Virus record (IMG/VR): IMGVR_UViG_3300005961_000014
Location: 55,082 to 75,081 of that record
Length of the DNA stretch: 20,000 bases
Reading direction: 5' to 3' (one strand)
Source: an uncultured virus (IMG/VR IMGVR_UViG_3300005961_000014)
Lineage: Duplodnaviria > Heunggongvirae > Uroviricota > Caudoviricetes
Part shown: positions 16,462 through 20,000 of the stretch, piece by piece
Layout: every line of letters begins with the position of its first letter
Position numbering within the stretch: position 1 is the first letter of the stretch
Program-made: the position numbers and the translations under genes
Notes under the pieces: generated by a model
Told to the model about the DNA's origin: nothing
Seen by the model: only the letters and a program-made list of their open reading frames with translations
Database searches by the model: none

Positions 16462-17308
16462 CGCTGTAATACTGGAGCGTCGTGAGACTGGAAAAATACC
16501 CGTCTCCATACCGACCAGTCTTGCTATTGAGGGGCTGTTTGGTATCCTGGAAACCCCTGAGGGGGTGCCCAAATCTACTGATCCAGTACCCGCTTATGAA
16601 GTCGATGAAGTCTGGATCAATCTCCGCACCCTGTTCCGAAATATGCAGGGTTCTGTTGAAGCAGAAGGAGCAACGCAAGTCAATGGTCACAGTTATGGAT
16701 TAGCGCTTATGGAAGAGATGACTATCCTGAAAGAAACCATTGATCAACTCTCTATTGGGAAAATCAAAACCTTCTTCTACGTTTGCTCGCACATGTCGTT
16801 AAGACGAGATTTCCCTAATGCCCGTCTTAAAGAGCCTCGTACTGATCGGCAGCTTTTCTATGCCGCCTTGGAAAAGGAAGCCATTGAAACGGTGTTAAAG
16901 AACAAGACTGAGCAGGAGGTAACAGTCTACGATGTTTCTGTACAGATGCACGTCAAGCGATGTGCGATGTTGACAAACTTCCCCGTGGATCTGGTGATGG
17001 CTAAAAACTTCGGGACACTGGTTCTTCTTGAATCCCACACCGGAGCTGTTAAGAAGAACCATCAGTGGAACACCAAACTACAAAGCGGGAAGGAGTTATC
17101 ACGTATCCCGTTTAACAAGATGTCACTGCAAGTCTTTGGAGACACCTGCGGGGTTTTTGCCCCCTTCCAGAAACCCTATCGGGATGTTATTCTCAAGATT
17201 GCAGAACAATACCGCTGGAATGCGTTCACCACCAAAGATCGCATTATCCAGAGTGTTAAGCTCGCTAATGAACCTGCACTGTTAGCCACCATCCGGCCAC
17301 TGTTCTGA
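16454..17308 (+). CDS. Conserved core protein, phiKZ gp66-like (284 aa)
   Basis: GGAGGT SD; 8-nt overlap with the SbcD-like gene; S..TSLAIE, INLRTLFRN, LLESHTG and QVFGD motifs. Confidence 0.7.
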   Translation: MNDAVILERRETGKIPVSIPTSLAIEGLFGILETPEGVPKSTDPVPAYEVDEVWINLRTLFRNMQGSVEAEGATQVNGHSYGLALMEEMTILKETIDQLSIGKIKTFFYVCSHMSLRRDFPNARLKEPRTDRQLFYAALEKEAIETVLKNKTEQEVTVYDVSVQMHVKRCAMLTNFPVDLVMAKNFGTLVLLESHTGAVKKNHQWNTKLQSGKELSRIPFNKMSLQVFGDTCGVFAPFQKPYRDVILKIAEQYRWNAFTTKDRIIQSVKLANEPALLATIRPLF

Positions 17309-17359
17309 GGCGTAAGTTTTTACAGATAAACACATCCTCTGTGTACCTGGAGACCCATC

Positions 17360-18052
17360 ATGAATGACCGAAATCAGCAGCAACAAGCCCTCAAAACCGC
17401 CATCAATGACCCCAAGCTGAAGTTGTACGCACCCCCTCTTCCCGGTGCCAACCAAGCTCCCTCGCTGGAACCCGGCTACGCCAGTAATCATCCCTTTCTG
17501 CTGGTGAGAACAAACTTCCCCAACGACAAGGATTATGGTCGCATCAAAGCAGGGCTGGACATGCCCGCTTTCATGGAGACCTTGGGGCTCATCGAAAAGG
17601 TGGTGCATACACCGGATGAGTGTAGCTACACCATGGAGAACAAGAACAAGCCTTGGAGTCGTGAGCAAGGCGGGCGTGTCAAGGAAGCCATTCTGGAAAC
17701 AACCACTATTGTGGGACGCGATAAGGAAGGCCGTGTCTTCATCGCTATTCTGCACTACGACAAGAGCCGCCCCAAGGTTATCTTCCATTTCGGATCCCGG
17801 ATGTATCACAGCATCACCCGCCGGGGTGGGGAAATCACAGCCGCTGAACAATCCAACAGTGCAGCACTGGCGTGGGTGCACACCCTTCGTCAACTGATGC
17901 CAGTGGTTGCATCGCAGCACTACGTGCACAAGACCATGGACCCCAGTAAGGGCGGGGGTAATAATCGCAGCAGCAACAGCTTCAGCCGCGGTGGTAACGA
18001 TAACGAGACTTCCGGCGGAAGTTCCGATTTTGACGATGACTTGCCTTTTTAG
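17360..18052 (+). CDS. chmC: ChmC-like nucleic-acid-binding protein (phiKZ gp67 position), 230 aa
   Basis: Directly upstream of the gp68-like gene. About 195-aa globular region followed by a G/N/S-rich tail ending DFDDDLPF. GGAG SD and its own downstream hairpin. Confidence 0.68.
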   Translation: MNDRNQQQQALKTAINDPKLKLYAPPLPGANQAPSLEPGYASNHPFLLVRTNFPNDKDYGRIKAGLDMPAFMETLGLIEKVVHTPDECSYTMENKNKPWSREQGGRVKEAILETTTIVGRDKEGRVFIAILHYDKSRPKVIFHFGSRMYHSITRRGGEITAAEQSNSAALAWVHTLRQLMPVVASQHYVHKTMDPSKGGGNNRSSNSFSRGGNDNETSGGSSDFDDDLPF

Positions 18053-18060
18053 TAAGGACT

Positions 18061-18086
18061 GTGCAGGGCGTTTCGACGCCCTGCAC
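18061..18086 (+). terminator. Perfect hairpin with UUCG loop after the chmC-like gene
   Basis: GTGCAGGGCGT-TTCG-ACGCCCTGCAC, 11-bp stem; no adjacent T-tract. Confidence 0.6.
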
Positions 18087-18162
18087 CTATAGTGCTTTAT
18101 GGCACTACAATTCACTACGCATACGTACTACCTAAGTGTCAATGGGTCTGGAGAGAAACACC

Positions 18163-19743
18163 ATGATGCTGTATCAAGAAGGGCGTTATGTCTATCTGAC
18201 TAACGAAAACGGGAATGAGTCGCTCCCTTGGCCAATCGTTATTTTCGAGAAAACCAATTTACGAACCGTGGTGGACGCGTTCGGAAAAATCAACCAGTAC
18301 TGGGCGTGGCTCCCCTTGGAGCGCCGATTGAAAATCTGGGAAGCATATCGCCAGATTTGGGTCGTGTTTCAAGATATCTCATCTACGCCAGATGCATTGC
18401 GCGGTGGGGTGGCGACACGTTCAACCTTAGGGCAACTCATTGAGGTGTGTGCTCCTATTATCAAAGAGCTGTATGAGCAAATGCCGCTCGCAGAACTAGA
18501 GCGCTGGGTTGAGCTCCACGGTCAAATCCGGCATCCGGATACACTGAAGGATGAGTTGGATGCAGAGGACACGGTTCCTGACAAGACGTATCTGAAGTCT
18601 GATTATCGCGGGTTGGTGGTACTAACCATCGCGCTCCGACCGATGGTACCTATTTGGGGATGGTTTCTCTCCTTGATCCAGAAGGAAACCAAAACCACGT
18701 ATAAGGAGTACCGCGCCATGGGGTTGCTGTCACAGACCTCCATGATTACCTCCGAACCCGTGCTGCGTCTGCGTCGCTACATTGAAGCCACCATTGGGTC
18801 ATCTCCCTCGTGGGACGACAAGATGGCAGCAGCTATTCTGGATGGATTATCCAGCGCCGATCTCCCTGACTGGATACTGGGGTTGGTAATGGTTCGCCGT
18901 ATGGCTCTCGGTGAAGTCGATGCTGGCGACACCCGTGGTTCGATTATCAGCAACATTTACTCTTTCATCTTCTACACGCTCCGGGAGTTGGATAAGAAGT
19001 TTGGCGGGGTCAAGGAGAAGAACCCGCAAAAGGGGGAAGACGACCCCATGCAGGATCAATCGCGGCTGGAAGCTTACAACAAAGCCGAAGACCTCCCGGC
19101 TGGTGATCGAGCGGGGTTTGGTGTTTATGCGGAAAGCCCTGTCGTCATGGCTCGCGACATGGATCCAGATATCCCGGAAGAGCTGGTGTTGCTGTGTGTG
19201 GGTCACGCTCATCAACAGGATATACGTCCGATTGAAGAAGCCCAGATGCAGTTGATGTCTTGGGTTTTGTGTTCCGGCCGCCGCGGGAAAGGGCTGCCAA
19301 TTCAGGCCATGGACTATATTACCAAACGCCATGGCGCACTGCTTAACTGCATGGGGGTTACTCAAGCGCTGTTGTTACACTGGGAACTTCCTCTTCTGGC
19401 AGCCATCGTAACAGCAGCGCCTATGGAAATGGAAGACGGCGTCATGACCGACACCATGGGGTTGGCGAAGATTACGTCACGCTACATGGAACAGCTCCAA
19501 AAACTTTACCCATACACACTACCTGAGGGAGGAGCAAAAGGAAATCCCGCGGTAGTCCAGATCCAACGGCAGGTTGGTCTCCTTAATGAGGTTCCTTGGG
19601 TTTGCACTATGCCAGAGACCTTATTGAAACGTTACCCAGGTATTGAACTGGACATGCTAGGGCGCATCCGTTTGCACCCGCATCAGGATCCGATTAGCCT
19701 CGGAGATCGTTTGGCTCGGTTGGTGATTCTCATCAACCAATAA
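18163..19743 (+). CDS. Non-virion RNA polymerase promoter-specificity subunit (phiKZ gp68-like, 526 aa)
   Basis: Size, position between the chmC-like and picA-like genes, and recalled motifs TYL..DY..L..L.IALRPM.PIWG and L..VMVRR. Start reassigned to ATG 18163 after GGAGAG. Confidence 0.75.
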   Translation: MMLYQEGRYVYLTNENGNESLPWPIVIFEKTNLRTVVDAFGKINQYWAWLPLERRLKIWEAYRQIWVVFQDISSTPDALRGGVATRSTLGQLIEVCAPIIKELYEQMPLAELERWVELHGQIRHPDTLKDELDAEDTVPDKTYLKSDYRGLVVLTIALRPMVPIWGWFLSLIQKETKTTYKEYRAMGLLSQTSMITSEPVLRLRRYIEATIGSSPSWDDKMAAAILDGLSSADLPDWILGLVMVRRMALGEVDAGDTRGSIISNIYSFIFYTLRELDKKFGGVKEKNPQKGEDDPMQDQSRLEAYNKAEDLPAGDRAGFGVYAESPVVMARDMDPDIPEELVLLCVGHAHQQDIRPIEEAQMQLMSWVLCSGRRGKGLPIQAMDYITKRHGALLNCMGVTQALLLHWELPLLAAIVTAAPMEMEDGVMTDTMGLAKITSRYMEQLQKLYPYTLPEGGAKGNPAVVQIQRQVGLLNEVPWVCTMPETLLKRYPGIELDMLGRIRLHPHQDPISLGDRLARLVILINQ

Positions 19744-19759
19744 CAACAGAGAGTTGCGT

Positions 19760-20000
19760 ATGAGAAATACCACAGGCTTTCATGAAATGTATCAGGTGGA
19801 TATCGTTCAGTTTCTGATGATCGAAACGGGTACGTATAACGACACCCACCTCCGGCCCTACCAGAGCGTCTTCAACGGAACGGTGCAGAAACTGTTCGAA
19901 GAATCTACGGACGGCGGAAACAACCTGACCGCGGCTTCGTTAGCTGGCGTGGCGGGAAGCGTACTTCAACCGACGACCCGTGCTGGCCGCCGCGCTGACA
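19760..20000 (+). CDS. picA: PicA/Imp1-like nuclear import factor (phiKZ gp69-like), truncated by the window edge
   Basis: Manual translation: MRNTTGFHEMYQVDIVQFLMIETGTYNDTHLRPYQSVFNGTVQKLFEESTDGGNNLTAASLAGVAGSVLQP..., open to the window end. ETGTY...RPY pattern and position directly after the gp68-like gene. Confidence 0.65.
   Translation, partial: MRNTTGFHEMYQVDIVQFLMIETGTYNDTHLRPYQSVFNGTVQKLFEESTDGGNNLTAASLAGVAGSVLQPTTRAGRRAD

Noticed and set aside
17318..17346. Shared promoter motif TTTYACAGA...ATC...TGTA, also at 5873-5898
   Set aside because: Only two loosely aligned copies with different spacing; not enough without motif statistics or start-site data.
17282..18115. 277-aa minus-strand ORF
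   Set aside because: Antisense shadow of the chmC-like gene that also crosses its downstream hairpin.
1..20000. CRISPR array, IS element, integrase, intron or intein
   Set aside because: No regularly spaced repeats, terminal inverted repeats, transposase, HNH or intein motifs were seen by eye.

Overview
This window looks like part of a phiKZ-related, nucleus-forming jumbo phage genome (Chimalliviridae) and covers most of its conserved core block. In order: a minus-strand internal-head-type protein running off the left edge (missed by the ORF track); a gp42-like gene; eight tightly packed small ORFs; a gp49-like gene; a structured ~300-nt intergenic region; a family-B DNA polymerase subunit; a minus-strand gp52-like gene; a NUDIX hydrolase; the nuclear shell protein chimallin (ChmA); an uninterrupted non-virion RNA polymerase beta' N-terminal subunit with NADFDGD; several conserved core genes; an SbcD/Mre11-type nuclease; a ChmC-like protein with an SSB-like acidic tail; a gp68-like nvRNAP subunit; and the start of a PicA/Imp1-like gene at the right edge (also missed by the ORF track). 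The phage nucleus itself is a described system. The least explained features are the eight-ORF array, which may share one architecture, the structured intergenic region before the polymerase, the structured chimallin leader and the DFDDDLPF tail. phiKZ gene-number assignments come from recalled motifs plus gene order; no database search was run.
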